A stretch of DNA of 64,000 nt from NCBI GenBank assembly GCA_023920165.1, contig CP089274.1, forward strand, positions 4,092,001 to 4,156,000, in the 5' to 3' direction. The number at the start of each line of letters is the position of its first letter. Positions within the stretch are counted from its first letter, which is position 1. The stretch comes from Curvularia clavata (Eukaryota). The position numbers and the translations under genes are program-made. Shown one piece after another: positions 37,263-50,953 of this stretch. Under the pieces are notes generated by a model. It was not told the origin of the DNA, ran no database searches, and was given only the letters and a program-made list of their open reading frames with translations.

Positions 37263-38682
37263 ATGGTTGCCTCAAGGCTCCTCCGACCCGCCTCGCGCCT
37301 CATGGCGTCTTCAAGACCGGCGCCCGCCTTCCGACCTGCTTTCCGCGCCGCCGCCATGACACCGTCCATTGCACGGAGAGGATATGCATCTGGCCAGAAG
37401 GAGATGACCGTACGAGAGGCGCTCAACGAGGCCATGGCCGAGGAAATGGAGCGAAACGACAAGGTCTTCGTGCTCGGAGAGGAGGTTGCGCAGTACAATG
37501 GAGCGTATGTACACCCACCATGCCAATGTCCGGAGAATTGAATTCGGCGGCAATCAGCCAAGAGGACTGCAATTGATGGCACAATTCGTCTCGTCTATTT
37601 GCATTGGACTCAAGCCGCAACAGACTGCTGACTGAATCTACAGTTACAAGGTCACCAAGGGCCTTCTCGACCGCTTCGGTGAGAAGAGGGTCATCGACTC
37701 TCCCATCACCGAGTCTGGTTTTGCTGGTCTTACCGTCGGTGCTGCGCTCGCTGGTCTCCACCCCATTGTAAGCTCTTCTCAAATCCTGATCTCACGAAAG
37801 CAATGCTGACCGTGACAACAGTGCGAGTTCATGACCTTCAACTTCGCCATGCAAGCCATTGACCAGATTATCAACTCCGCCGCAAAGACCCACTACATGT
37901 CCGGTGGTATCCAGCCCTGCAACATCACCTTCCGTGGCCCTAACGGTTTCGCTGCCGGTGTCGCTGCCCAGCACTCGCAAGACTATACTGCGTGGTACGG
38001 AAGCATTCCCGGTCTGAAGGTTGTCTCCCCATACAGCGCAGAGGATGCCAAGGGTCTGCTCAAGGCTGCTATCCGTGACCCCAACCCGGTCGTAGTGTTG
38101 GAGAACGAGTACGTTACATTGATGGCTTAGATGGTACGGATGTCGCTAACATGAACAGGCTTCTGTACGGTCTCTCTTTCCCCATGAGCGAGGAGGCCCA
38201 GAGGGACGACTTCGTCATTCCTGTAAGATATTCCACCTTTTCAAACTCGTACCCCTATGCTAACTGAATTCTAGTTCGGAAAGGCCAAGATTGAGCGTCC
38301 AGGAAAGGACCTCACCATCGTCACCCTCTCCCGCTGCGTCGGCCAGTCTCTCGTCGCCGCCGAGCAACTCAAGTCCAAGTACGGCGTTGAGGCCGAGGTC
38401 ATCAACCTGCGCTCCATCAAGCCCCTCGACGTCGAGGCCATTGTCAAGTCCGTCAAGAAGACCGGCCACATGCTCTGCGTTGAGTCTGGTTTCCCCAGCT
38501 TCGGTGTCGCCAGCGAGATCATGGCTCTCACCTGCGAGTATGCCTTTGACTACCTCGAGGCTCCTCCTGCCCGTGTCACTGGTGCTGAGGTCCCCACCCC
38601 CTACGCCCAGAAGCTCGAGGAGATGAGCTTCCCCACCGAGACACTGATTGCCGACTACGCTGCCAAGCTCCTCCGAGTATAA
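37263..38682 (+). CDS. PDB1: Pyruvate dehydrogenase E1 beta subunit, mitochondrial
   Basis: Presequence, then [15 protein letters not shown]...[50 protein letters not shown]. Four introns. Confidence 0.97.
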
Positions 38683-41600
38683 ACCGGGATAATGGTATTT
38701 TGTAGCGAAAAACGAGAATCAAAGCAATCGTGACAGCCGTGCGTGCTCTCTTCTCTTTTTCGTCTGATGCATTTTCGCTAGTCGAGTTTCCACATTGGGA
38801 TAGTGGGTTGTTGGCGTAGGTCAGGGAGATGTAAGGAGCTTTTAGACCGAAAGAGGGATTTCAATTGGGATTTTTGAAATCGCGGCTTTTATTTATTTGT
38901 ATGATCAGATGAGATGAGAAACTGAGAGACTTTACCCCCTACACCTCGCTTATGTTTGGTTGTGCGTGTAATATTTATATGTATGATATTGAATAGGCGA
39001 CCTGTTGGTATTGTGTACGGCTAACTGGGATTTCGGGAGTGTAATTGTATAGCGAAGTTGGACACTACTCAATTTGTATGTCGAATCAGAATGGCGACTA
39101 CAATTTACTATTACCTTTCTCATGTCTTTGGTTTCTACCTCCATCTCCACCATGTCTTACTCGCATTCATAGACTCAACCCATCCGGTCCGTGTATTTTT
39201 TGTATCCTCTCCCTTCCTTCTTTCAAAGGAACATGTAATTTCCATGTTCCTTGGTGCGTTGAAAAATCACACACCATATACTATCACCTTGTTGGAAAAA
39301 AACAGCACTACTCAGAAACCCCTTGACTTCTGAGTGATAGATATCTAACTTTGTTATGTCTTTGTTATCATCTCGAAACTCAGAGTCGCTTCCTTAGATA
39401 TCTAGGCTACGTAGTTGGATCTTTTGTTAAATCTTGCTATCTTGTGCGTCAGGTCTAAGCCAGCAAAGTAAAGACCTTGAAGCAATTTGGTCATTTTGGA
39501 AGTGATTCTGGCCTACACGGAGTAGTGCTACCCTTTTTTTTTCTAAATTAAAAATGTGACTATTTAAACGTAAACATACACGACTGTAATTATCATCGAC
39601 GTTTGGAGGCTTCCATATGGTGCAGAATAAGATCACCGCACAACGGAAAAGCACGGACAAACAGAGAATTAGATGCAATTGTGTGCAATGGTGGAAGAGG
39701 GCGCGAGCAGGACCAGTGTGTGGTAGGTACTTGGTTTACTCACATGTTCAGGTAAGTATCTGGCATGAATCTCAAGCTCGGGTGGAGTAGCTCACAGGTG
39801 GCTCGTCTTGGTCAACGGCGAGATCACGAAAATGCCGAGTGCAGTAGTGTTTAGCTTGACAGTGGCTTGGGAATGAAATAGTTGTATGTCACTCTTATTT
39901 GTGTATGCATGAACTTATACATTTACAATCACGAATTCTTCTCTCCTTGTGGTCTTTTACACGCTCTTCAAACCTGTTTGTTGAAGAATTCTAGTAAGGA
40001 AGTCAAAATTTAATGGCGAATTAACCCGTACTATAAGAATTTACTTTGGGTGATTCTCCATTGTCGAAGGGGTGATGGGAGTTTTTGGCTTGTGTGCGAG
40101 CATGGTGGTTGTGCGGTTGATTACGATCAAGAGGCGGGGTTGTTGGATGATTTCATGAAGATTCAGGACAACAAAATAAGTAGTATGCTGAGAGTTTGAA
40201 TTAGGATTCATGGCTGTTTTGATTGTGGCCACTCCTGGCTTCTGCTTTCAAGACATTCACATTCCATTGTTTTGGAAGTGCATTTACACTTGTCAATAAA
40301 GCTGACTTGTGTAGTGTGACGGTTTTACTCGAGACGGTGCGATGCCATTGTGAGTGGCTTCACGAAGGCTTGGGCTCCTGTCTCTTCAGTAATCATATTT
40401 CGGGGGCGGGGAAGGGCAGTTCGGCGAACAGCAGTTTAGAAGTCAGTGAACACAGGATGTGTGAGATGCCTGTGCATGCTGTGGATAGGAGTTCCTGCGA
40501 TATTCTAGTGGGTGAAGTTCAATGATTACAGTGACTGCATTAACACCGCTGTTATTATATGTGATCTGTATAGAACCAAGAGTAAAGAAGTGGCCCAACA
40601 TGTTATTGACGCCTTCCTCAAGTGCTTGTCCTTTTATAGCCGTCATAGTGGGACTTTATCAGCATCAAGCGCCCTAGAGCTGTGCGCAACCTTATGAAAC
40701 CGGCACAATAGCGAGAATAGCTTGGTGTTTCGAGAATGGCCGAGTAAATGGCCTTCTGTATACACAGGCATTGTGCTATATAAGTATGGGTCTGCAGGAG
40801 CCGACCCCCTTGTGTCATGAGGCTCAGAGAGAAATTTTCCGAAATAATAGCATAACTATTGATGTAACATGGAATGAGGTGACCGTGTGAGCTTGCTGGT
40901 GCATATGTCTCCAAAGCTGCTCACGGGATCGGTGTTCACTGTTCCAGTGTGTACACTATAATCTGGAGTATGTCTGTGTAAATCTCTACCCCAATTGCGG
41001 AAGGTGGAGTTCATTGAGCCTATGGTTCAGATCAGCAGCCTGTATGTCTGATGATGCCAAACCTTGTCCGGCAGACTGCGGTTAGTTGGGAGGGGTGAAC
41101 TGCGCAGACACTGAATCCTCGTCTGCCCAGAGCATCACCCCCTTGCCAGCTTTGCATTCGATCGGAAGGCAGGTTTGAGCCTCAGACGTATGTCTCCACA
41201 TCATCCGACTCCTCTCGCGGAAACTACACTTTGAAGGAGGAATACAGTGCATCCATGATGAACCAGCTCCTCTCAGGCTCGAATATGCTCGACATAATCT
41301 TGCTTCTGCCTTACGCGCACCTGAGGCCTAGACGTGTGGCCTCGGATTTTCTGTTACAAGGCCACATGAATTCGGGCCGCAGACATGTGGCGAATAACAG
41401 GGCCATTGAAGGATGCTTGTTGCGTCTGCATTGGTGGGTATGCTGGGATGGATGGTCACTCTTGGAGAACTAGGATGATTCCAGCCATTGCTATCAGGTG
41501 CTTCAAGCCCAGGTACGGCCGTACTTGTGATGTATGGTGCAATATCGGCCCGGGTAAGCATGGTGTGAGGGTCCTTCCTCTTTGAGTGGCGTGGCGTCTG

Positions 41601-44600
41601 GCACCCGTTTCAACCATTATCAACATCAACATCGTCAGCCTCTCTCCACACCAGCCACCGCCTACTGACCTGCGCACACAAGGAGCGCATAGCTCAGAAC
41701 TGCGATCTACGTCGCGAACGCAAGCGAACATGCCCGTGTCCGTTGGCCCACAAGGCTCATCAGCGGGTACGACTCTATGTACATCGAACCGCACAGGACA
41801 TTTGTACCTCGACAAGTCGGGACAATTGCGGTCCACCCCCAGAACGGGCATGACGCCCGCTGCAGGACGCTCCGGGCCAAAGACAACTGAGAACAGGATA
41901 GCAATCGTATTCTGCTTCCCCAAACCGGATCAACAAGCCAAGATTCACAACCACGCGAGTGTGGTCCAGCCCAGTCAGGGTGTCGTCAACGGTCGTTGCT
42001 GCAGGTGACAGGATCCTTTGCCCCGCCTCCAGAGTGGGTCAAGCCCCAACGGTATCAAGTTGAAGCTCCAGGCTCAAGACTTGATTAACCCCCTTTGATC
42101 TGGATTCCGTTGTGGAGACTTGCGGTCGCTCAGAGTCAGGTCATGCTTTGCGCAATCAACCTCAGCCCAACTTCTTTCAGTCTGGACCCGTTCAATTACA
42201 CCTGCATCGTACCCAACCATTGGATGACCTTTCACGAATATGAAGCCCTTTTACACAATTCTAGTTTCGAGCGGGGTCTCATCCATAGCTGCCGCTTCGG
42301 GAGCTGTTGCAGCTTGGCCAATGCATGTTATCTCCGTCATGGCACATGATACCACGCAGCGAGTATACTACGCAGAGAGGTGTGGTCATGGTTTAGTATC
42401 AACTTGCTTGCATGTATCCGCCGCTACTTGCTCTGCTCACCACACCGCCGCACAATTGCTTCTCAGAATTTTGTTAACCATTTCCAGGCTTATGTCCAGC
42501 CACAATAACATGCCTATTGTGTTTAACGCAACCATTTCACAGGATTTCTCCAGACGAAAGGGAACCCCAGAGAATCAAAGGTATCAATTGATGATGTGTA
42601 ACAGTGCAATGTGTTCGAATGGCTTTTGCTAAACGTGTCGTACTTGACATGTTAAGCTCCACATATACCCAGACGTACAGGAGATTGTCAACTCCGCATG
42701 TTCTGTCGTGCATGACCCTCGGTGTCGCTGTCACAGCAAGAAGCAACTAGCAAAAGCCTGTTCTTGGTCCGTCCACGCGACTTTCTTTACTTGAGATAGG
42801 TATGATCGACCAAGCTACTTCGTTCCAGCCATGTAACAAACCCCCACGAAGCGTTACTTCTGCTGATAGCACAGTCGTCGGTGTACCTACTTCGTATGTT
42901 GATTGTGACACTCTGCGAGCAAGATGCATTGTTCCAGCTTCAGGCTGGTCAGTGAGTACCATTACCGCCCTTGCCATGGATCTCAGCGAAACTCCTCTCG
43001 AGACAAGATACCGAATCGCGATACCCTATATGAAGTAGCATAACTCCTACCAATCTGGGAAAAGGGCTGCAAATCATTGCCAATTGGACTGCAAAGTGCT
43101 ATCGCATCGCAATGCGCTGTTGACTAATGGCGCATAGCTTTCGAGTCTCTTTCCCTTCATGGCAGCAATTCCTCAAGATGAACACTAATGCTGTACTAGG
43201 ATGTCGTACCTTGTTCTCATGGCAGCACCTGCTACCATCTTTCGCACAACCGACACCATGGTGCAGGCGTTTACGAGTGCAGGGATGGGATGCCTACCCA
43301 GTGATGATCAAGCAGCTCCGGACCTCGGCACGATAGCCACAGCTACAATTGACCGAGTTTGAAATTTCCACAAAAAGGGCATCGCTACCGAGCCCTTTTC
43401 TACAAATGGGTGCTGAAGCTAAACGATGTTGAGTTCGACGGACAGCGCTGCTACTGTGTAAGCGACAAAACGTTCTAATCGACCACAATCTGGGGGTCAG
43501 CGGACAACATTTGGTAGCGGCACGAGTGCTGCGCGGGCGTAAATCAATATAAGGCTTGCCAAGGACGCGGGAACATTGCAATTTTGGGTTACGCTACGGG
43601 CCGAGTATTGCACCAGAGTGAACCGTCTCACGTCTGGCTGTATGTAAGGCGCGAAATCCTAGCATTCAGGTGCCGTGTAGATGAAACAGTGCGCTAATCC
43701 TAGTCAATAGCCGACCTTACTATGAGGTACGCTTCCAGAAACTAGCCCAAGCCATACGGCTTTATCTTTGGCACTACTTTCATGACAGGTAAGCGGGCCT
43801 GATTAGCCGATTGACCTTCCAAATCGCGGGCACAGTTGACTGCTTGGCATGTGCGCCTAGACTTGACAGGCACATGGCAAAGTACCGGCCGACTCAACAG
43901 CCGTAACCGAACACCAGGCAGCGAGCACGTACAGCGCACGTTGCTCGCCGACTTGCAGCCGACCTCGATGTTTCATGGTCGAGCATAAGGTTCACCCACA
44001 TTGGGGGAACACTTCCAAGAAGGTGGATCGCCTTGCAAGGATGTTGTCGATTACCAACAAACTCCTGACCTGAATCCTATTAACACCACAATCCATTGGA
44101 AAGAGAGCTGATTGTTTTGCAGACAGAATACAAAGACGTCATCCTCATCAGTCGGACAGAAACAATTTTGTTTTCATCATTGCATAATATACAAACAACA
44201 TGAAAAGTTATGCAGCCATCGCAGTAACGCGACAAGGCGGGGGTGCATGGATCCTACAACGGCTGTGCAGCCACGTGTGGTATCCAGCGATTGAAAGAGC
44301 AGGGGTGTCGATCTGGTCGACTCAATCCGCCTCTTCAGCTGAGGACTAGGATACCCTTTGCTATAGTTCTTGCCGGTGGAAGAATTTGGCTCCTTTCATC
44401 ACCCCCTGGGCCGCACTGCGTGTTTCGTTGAGAGTGGGAAAGTCGAGCTTTCATAGACCAGAAACAGACCGTCGGTAGCCGTCAGCATGTGTTGGTAAGG
44501 CTGCACATCGAGCATGGTTTCTAGCTTGCTAGCAGGGGAAAAGAAAAGGCAGATCCACCCGTCGTTGCACATCAGCTGGCTGGAGGGGGCAAAGCCTGGG

Positions 44601-44900
44601 GTTCGGCAGCTCGACATCGGCCCACGGCCTTGTTTCGAGTAAGTGGCAGTAGCCAAAGTTCCCGCGTCATGCAACGGACATGCCGTAGGTCACCTCGAGA
44701 CAGTTTCAAATTCATGTCAATGGCTGGCTGCACCTACATACCGTGGGGTACATGAGCGTATGCCGGTTATAATACCCGCGGATGCTCCCGAGCCTGCGCC
44801 TCCTTTCTTTTTGATTCCTGGGAGCTGTTTATTATCGTCTGGTTACCTTTGTTCTCCTTTGTCCTCGAGTCAATCCGCCGTGTAGGGCGCGCGCAACCAA

Positions 44901-46487
44901 ATGACTTCGAGATTCCCCACGGCAGAGGAGTTTGCGTCTTTCCCACCACCGAACTATGTAAATCCCACGAACCACCTGCCCATGGCGCTGGGCGTCGTCG
45001 TCCCGATGACCATCATCGTCACTGTATTCATGACATGTCGACTCTATTGCCGGACTGTTCTTGTCAAGACATTGGGATGGGATGATGGGTTGATGTTGAT
45101 CGCAGCTGTGAGTCTGAAAGCGCTTTGTTGAAGTGAACCCGGGGACTAACGTGTGTAGGTACTGTGTGTCGGTAGCAATATCATGTTGATAATATCCATG
45201 CTACCAGAGTACCAGATGGGGTATCACTTATGTACGCGACCCTTTTGCATCACTCAGTGCAATAGCTGACCCTGAGTAGGGGATATCCATCCAGAAAAAC
45301 TCTATGGCGCAAACAAAGCTGCTCAGGTATGTCGTTTCAGATTCCGGGCCCTCTGGTACTAACCGTAATCTAGATGGGCATGGCGACTCAACTGCTTTTT
45401 ACTGCGATCGCGACCTTTATGAAAGTCGCCATTCTTCTGACGTACATCCGTAAGCAAGCGCCAAGCCTGAGACTCTACTGAAGCATGCACTGACCTGCAT
45501 GAATTACACAGGCATCTTTCCGGCCAAGCTCGATAGGTGGTTCTGCCACCTAATGATCTTCTACACGGTGTCGCTGAACACTGCTTGCTTCTTCGTGACC
45601 CTTTTCCAATGCTCGTAAGAAAGGCCCATGACCCGCCTTTGACATGTCATACTGACCTGAGTGTTATAGTCCAGCAAGCACTTACTGGAGGATCTTCGAG
45701 TTTATTGGCACTGCGAAGTGTCTCAACATCAAGGCCATCTACTATTTCCACTCAGGACAAAACACCTTGAGCGACTTCATCATCTTTCTGTGGCCGGCAC
45801 GGAATCTCATCAACGTTCAAGTATCGAAGCGGCAACGATTTACGTTGATCATGATGTTTTCACTGGGTGTAATGTGAGTTTACTCCTTTGCCCAAGCTAG
45901 CAACCCAATCCTAACCTGTGACAGTGTATGCATTGCTGGTATCGTACGACTATACTTCACCCACCGATACCTTGTATCATTTGATGCTTTCTGTAGGTTT
46001 TCTCTTTTCTATTTCCTCGAGAACAGAAACTAAGACAACAACAACAGGGTACGGAGGCTCAACCTTTATCATCATGTCCATCGAAAGCGGCGTCGGCGTC
46101 GCATGTGGATGTCTTCCTGGATGCAAGCCTTTGATGAACAAAATGTTTCCCCGCATCTTTGCCAACTCGTCACATCCATCTTCCTACCCACGCCGATCGG
46201 CACATTTTCGGGCTCGAAAAGGCGTCCAAGAGTTTTCATCGGGCGCGCGTTCGGAGCAAATGTCGTACAACCAAAAGGAAGAAGACCCAAGCGCAATGGA
46301 AAAAGCCATTCGACGAGACACGCCATCAACTCATCAAGCAATGGCCACATCGAAATCGCTGCCCCTGCACCCGGGCATTCGACCCCCTAGTCGAGCTGCA
46401 TTCCCCGGAGGGAGAAGGGAAGGATACAGCGAACTAGACAACGAAAGCGAAGACAGCATAGAGATGTTCCTCTTGCAGCGGAATTAG
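44901..46487 (+). CDS. Pth11-like fungal rhodopsin-domain integral membrane protein (no CFEM), multi-exon
   Basis: FPPPNYVNP N-terminus, RLYCR...LGWDDGLM, KVAILLTYIR/IF, SDFIIFLWP, IESGVGVACGCLP. Several GT-AG introns, boundaries not all resolved. Confidence 0.82.
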
Positions 46488-47465
46488 AAGCTATGCGAGT
46501 ATAATTTTGTTTTGTCCTTTTGCGCAGTGTGCTTAGATACCCAAAAAGCCTTTACCCCGGGCTTGTGATATGATACTCGTAACCACTGCTTTTTTTCGCC
46601 TACTCCAGCTAGTCTACAAGATTACATTGACCCGCAATTGGGCTTAAGTGTCTTGTGGTGATGTCGACGACGACCATACGGACCGATTCTACAGCGACTA
46701 CAAAGACCAATTTGGGCACTAGGCGAGGCGCAACACGTGCCAAGAGGGAGAAAAGGACAAGGGTCCAATCTTCCACACAAACAGTGGGCCAGACCCGGCC
46801 AGGAACCCCTCCTCCCCATCAGTCCATGATCGATCAAATCACATGCATGAATCATTGTTTCGTCCGCTTTTTTTCTCCTTGCTCTAATCTGTTTCTCTTT
46901 TACCCTGGATCAGCGAATTAGCGGTCGCTGGTGCTGTCTCAGCAAAATCAAACGTGACTCTGGATGCAGATGGCGCCATGCACGTCAACTTGACTAGTCC
47001 ATGTCTTCCTGCCATCGCGCGGTGGGTATTGTTCGGGCACGGCTGAGAGGCCCAGAAGCCGTAGCCGAAACAGACCGGTGGTGAAGACATCGATTTGACG
47101 ATTTTGGAACGTGGGCAAAGCCCGCGGCGTTATGGACGGAAGTAAGAAGTAGAGGGCGACGCTTCTTCTTCTGTTCAAGTTTCAGACGGTGCCTCTTCCC
47201 TCCTCTCAATTCTCTATTTATCCACGCTCCTGATAAACTTTGACTACGGCTCGGAATACGAAGAAACGGGAAGAGTCTCGAGAAGCTAGAAATACGCTTG
47301 TCTCTTTTCCTTGGGTCTATATCAAGCGCGGACGGTATCTCACCGACGCCAATACGGTGAACATAAGCCAGTGTCTGTACCCGAAACGACCCGCGGAGAC
47401 GACCAGCAACTTTCTTAAACGTCATTTTTTCTGCCTAATAGTCAATTCACACAAATCTGCTAGTC

Positions 47466-48851
47466 ATGGCGACGACGCCCGTGGAACACGCGACGACGGC
47501 GAGTACATTTCCTACGCGCCAAAAGCCGCTCCCATATGAATTTGTCAACGGGCGGCGAACCCCTCTTTCGTCCATCCTGCCGCCCCTCGTTTTTGGAACC
47601 GCAACTTTCAACCACCAATACAATACCGATCCCTTCGCGCTCGACACAACTGGCCTCGTGACATCGGCGCTCACACATGGCATCCGTGCCTTTGACACGT
47701 CGCCATACTACGGACCCTCTGAGCAATTACTCGGCGATGCGCTCGCTACACCGTTTGTGCGCGAGACGTTTCCGCGGAACTCATACATGATCCTGACAAA
47801 GGTCGGGCGGATAGCAAGCGAGGAGTTTGATTACAGCAAAGAATGGGTGCGACAAAGCGTCCAACGGAGTCTGCAACGTCTACAAACAGAGTACCTGGAC
47901 CTAGTCTACTGCCACGATGTCGAGTTTGTGAGCCCCGCCGAGGTTCTGGAAGCAGTCAAGGAGCTGCGCCGGATAAGAGATGAAGAGGGCACAATCCGGT
48001 ACATTGGCATTTCAGGGTATCCGCTCGACGTCCTGGGCGACATGGCTGAGCTCATCTTGCGCGAGACGGGCGAACCCCTCGATGCGGTGCAGTCGTACGC
48101 CAACTTCACACTTCAGAACCAGCACCTCGCAGGCGCAAGGGGTATTTTGCGCCTCAAGAACGCAGGGGTCGACGTAGTACCTAACGCTTCGATTCTCGGC
48201 ATGGGCCTCCTCCGCCGTGAAGGCATTCCCGTCGGAGCCATGGGCGACTTCCACCCCGCGCCGTCGTCGCTACGCGAAGCCGTGCACAAAGCCAGTGCTT
48301 TTTGCGACAACTACGGCGAGCGCATCGAAGTCATCGCTATGCGCTTTGCCCTTGAGACATGGATCTCTGCCGGCGCACTCTGCGGCTCTCAAGGCGACCC
48401 CGCGTCGGGTCTCCCTTGGCAGCACGAATCCATTGACGACGTCGGCGGCTCCAAGCTCGGCGTCAGCGTTATCGGCGTATCACGTGCCCAGGAACTCGAA
48501 AAGACTATGCTGGTCTGGCGCTCTATTCTCGACGGCCTAGAGGGCGGTGAGGAAACTGCCGTTCAGGCTGGGCGTTGGCGCCGCGCTTGGGAATGGAGTC
48601 GCAATCGTAGGAAGGCAGTGCAGATCCTCGCAGAGGGTGTGCAGGAGGTGCTTGGTGAGGGATTCGGCTTCGAGTGGGCGAGTCCCGGCCCGGGATATGT
48701 TAATAAGAGGGTGAAGAACAATGAGAAGAAGGATGCGCTGCAGAGCGAGCAAGCAGATGCCCCGTGGTTGACACCTGCTGCTAGTCCTGAGGCGTTGCCG
48801 ATAAAGGATGTGAGCGAGGTTGCAGAAGAGAAGGCCCTACCGTTGAGGTAG
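47466..48851 (+). CDS. Aldo-keto reductase, D-arabinose/L-galactose dehydrogenase (Ara2-like)
   Basis: LVFGTATF, FDTSPYYGPSE, LTKVGR, SLQRLQTEYLDLVYCHDVEF, IGISGYPL. Confidence 0.88.
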   Translation: MATTPVEHATTASTFPTRQKPLPYEFVNGRRTPLSSILPPLVFGTATFNHQYNTDPFALDTTGLVTSALTHGIRAFDTSPYYGPSEQLLGDALATPFVRETFPRNSYMILTKVGRIASEEFDYSKEWVRQSVQRSLQRLQTEYLDLVYCHDVEFVSPAEVLEAVKELRRIRDEEGTIRYIGISGYPLDVLGDMAELILRETGEPLDAVQSYANFTLQNQHLAGARGILRLKNAGVDVVPNASILGMGLLRREGIPVGAMGDFHPAPSSLREAVHKASAFCDNYGERIEVIAMRFALETWISAGALCGSQGDPASGLPWQHESIDDVGGSKLGVSVIGVSRAQELEKTMLVWRSILDGLEGGEETAVQAGRWRRAWEWSRNRRKAVQILAEGVQEVLGEGFGFEWASPGPGYVNKRVKNNEKKDALQSEQADAPWLTPAASPEALPIKDVSEVAEEKALPLR

Positions 48852-49441
48852 TCCACGCACGCGTGTGTGTATAGGGGCGTGCGAACTATTGGTATATATA
48901 TTCTTTGTACCTAGAAGCATTCACCAAATCCTGTGAATATGTCCTATTCTTATTCGTTCTTTGGCGATCTTTTGTTTTGGTATACCATGTTTGTACGTAC
49001 AGCACAGACAAAATCAATGACATGTGAATCAGCCCCATTTAAGGACATTCCCTGTATCCTGGGCCGCAGCGTAGTAGTGTACTTGTAGGTTGGCACAAAC
49101 AAAGCGATAGCTGAGGCAGGGCAGAAGGGGATTTGCATAGATACGTATACATTCGACGGATGAAGCAGCTACGGTAATGAAGATGATTTGATACTTCACA
49201 TTTGAGCCACTGCCTAGTAAAAATTACAACTTAGGAAGCAAGAGGAATGATGTAGAAACAGTCTAGAAAAGGTCAAATTTACAGAAACTCACAACATACT
49301 CGAGAAATTCAAAACGAAGGATAATGAATAATTCGTAACATAAACTATGTGATATCATATCAAGACAATCTGCATTCCATCGCTTCATCAATCATATACA
49401 CAAGTAAAGAAAAGGATCTTCCTCAACAATCTTCACGCAAT

Positions 49442-50953
49442 CTACAACTTCGCAAACACCGTCGGCACCACCCCACCCATCTCGACCAATGTACTCTTAT
49501 TCCTCACCCAAGCCTCCAGCCCCTTTTTACCATTCTCCACGCCCACACCACTCTGTTTCCAACCGCCAACACTCATCTCCGCGGGACTCTCACCCCAGGT
49601 GTTAATCCACGTGATGCCGGCCTCCAGCTGCGCAATCACCTTGTGCGCAGTGTTGATATCCTTTGTGAAGATACCGGCAGCCAGGCCGAGCGGTGTGGCG
49701 TTAGCCCGTTGAACGACTTCTTCGATGGACTTGTAGGACAGAATGGACATGACGGGGCCGAAGATTTCTTCTTGGACGATTTTCATGTCGTCGGTACAGT
49801 CTGTGAAGACGGTGGGTTGGACCCAGTAGCCGGCTTGGTAGGATTTGTCAGAGTGGGAGGAGAGCCAGGATGGGGTGGAGGGACCGCCGCAGAGGAGGCG
49901 GGCTTTGTCGGTTTCGATGCCGTGTTTGATGTAAGATAGTACTTTGTCGTAGTGCGGCTTGGAGACAAGAGGGCCAAAGTTGGTGTTCGGGTTGTAGAGG
50001 TCTCCGGGTCGGATGTATTGTATCTTTTCCAGTAGGCGCTTCTCAAATTCAGGCTTCATGCCTTCGGGGACGAAGACGCGGGTGCCATTGGTGCATACTT
50101 GGCCGGTGGAGAAGAAGTTGGCGAGCATGGCGCCGTCGACGGCTTGGTCGACATCGGCATCGGGGAGAATGATGCATGGGGACTTGCCGCCCAGCTCCAT
50201 TGTCACGTATTTCATCTCGCCCGCTGCGCTGCCGGCTACCTTCTTGCCCGTTGACACTTGTCCAGTGAAGCTGACTTTGGCGATACCAGAGTGCTTGGTA
50301 AGGTATGCGCCTACATCGCCGCCGCCCTGGACTACGTTGAAAACACCCGGAGGCACACCGGCCTCTGTGTAGATATCTGCAAGGACAGTTGAGTGGAGAG
50401 GTGTGAACTCTGAAGGCTTGTAGACCATGCAGTTTCCGGCAGCCAGGCAGGGCGCTGATTTCCAAAGAGCGATCTGGATAGGGTAGTTCCACGCTCCGAT
50501 ACCTGCGCAGACACCTAGCGGGCTCTTGGTGGTGTATACCCACGCATCTGGGCGCAACGGAGCCGTCTCGCCATTCATTCCGCCTCCTCCGACCAGGTTT
50601 GCGAAGAATTCCAAGACATCGGCGCCCGTAACTACATCGACTGTGGAAGTCTCGGAAAAGGGCTTGCCTGTATCGCTTGTCTCGATTCTTGCGAGCTCAT
50701 CGTTTCGCGCGCGAAGCAGAGCGGCGGCTCGCTGGAGGATGCGGGCGCGTTCAATGGGGGGCGTGGCGGACCATGATGGAAAGGCCTTGTGGGCGGAGGC
50801 TATGGCCGCATCGATGCCAGCAGGTGTAGTCGCGTGGATGTTTGCGAGAGGCTGGGCGGTCGCGGGATTAATGGTTTGGAAAGTAGAAGCAGAAGAGGAG
50901 GATTGGATCTTGCCGTCGTAGTAGGCGGAGCGAGGCGCATACGGGAGAGACAT
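49442..50953 (-). CDS. betB: Betaine aldehyde dehydrogenase (BetB-type)
   Basis: [61 protein letters not shown]. Lies next to choline oxidase. Ends in AKL. Confidence 0.92.
   Translation of the reverse strand: MSLPYAPRSAYYDGKIQSSSSASTFQTINPATAQPLANIHATTPAGIDAAIASAHKAFPSWSATPPIERARILQRAAALLRARNDELARIETSDTGKPFSETSTVDVVTGADVLEFFANLVGGGGMNGETAPLRPDAWVYTTKSPLGVCAGIGAWNYPIQIALWKSAPCLAAGNCMVYKPSEFTPLHSTVLADIYTEAGVPPGVFNVVQGGGDVGAYLTKHSGIAKVSFTGQVSTGKKVAGSAAGEMKYVTMELGGKSPCIILPDADVDQAVDGAMLANFFSTGQVCTNGTRVFVPEGMKPEFEKRLLEKIQYIRPGDLYNPNTNFGPLVSKPHYDKVLSYIKHGIETDKARLLCGGPSTPSWLSSHSDKSYQAGYWVQPTVFTDCTDDMKIVQEEIFGPVMSILSYKSIEEVVQRANATPLGLAAGIFTKDINTAHKVIAQLEAGITWINTWGESPAEMSVGGWKQSGVGVENGKKGLEAWVRNKSTLVEMGGVVPTVFAKL

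Noticed and set aside
37505..37643. TPP riboswitch in the PDB1 intron
   Set aside because: The conserved CTGAGA and GAACTTGATC...TAAT core of fungal TPP riboswitches is absent.
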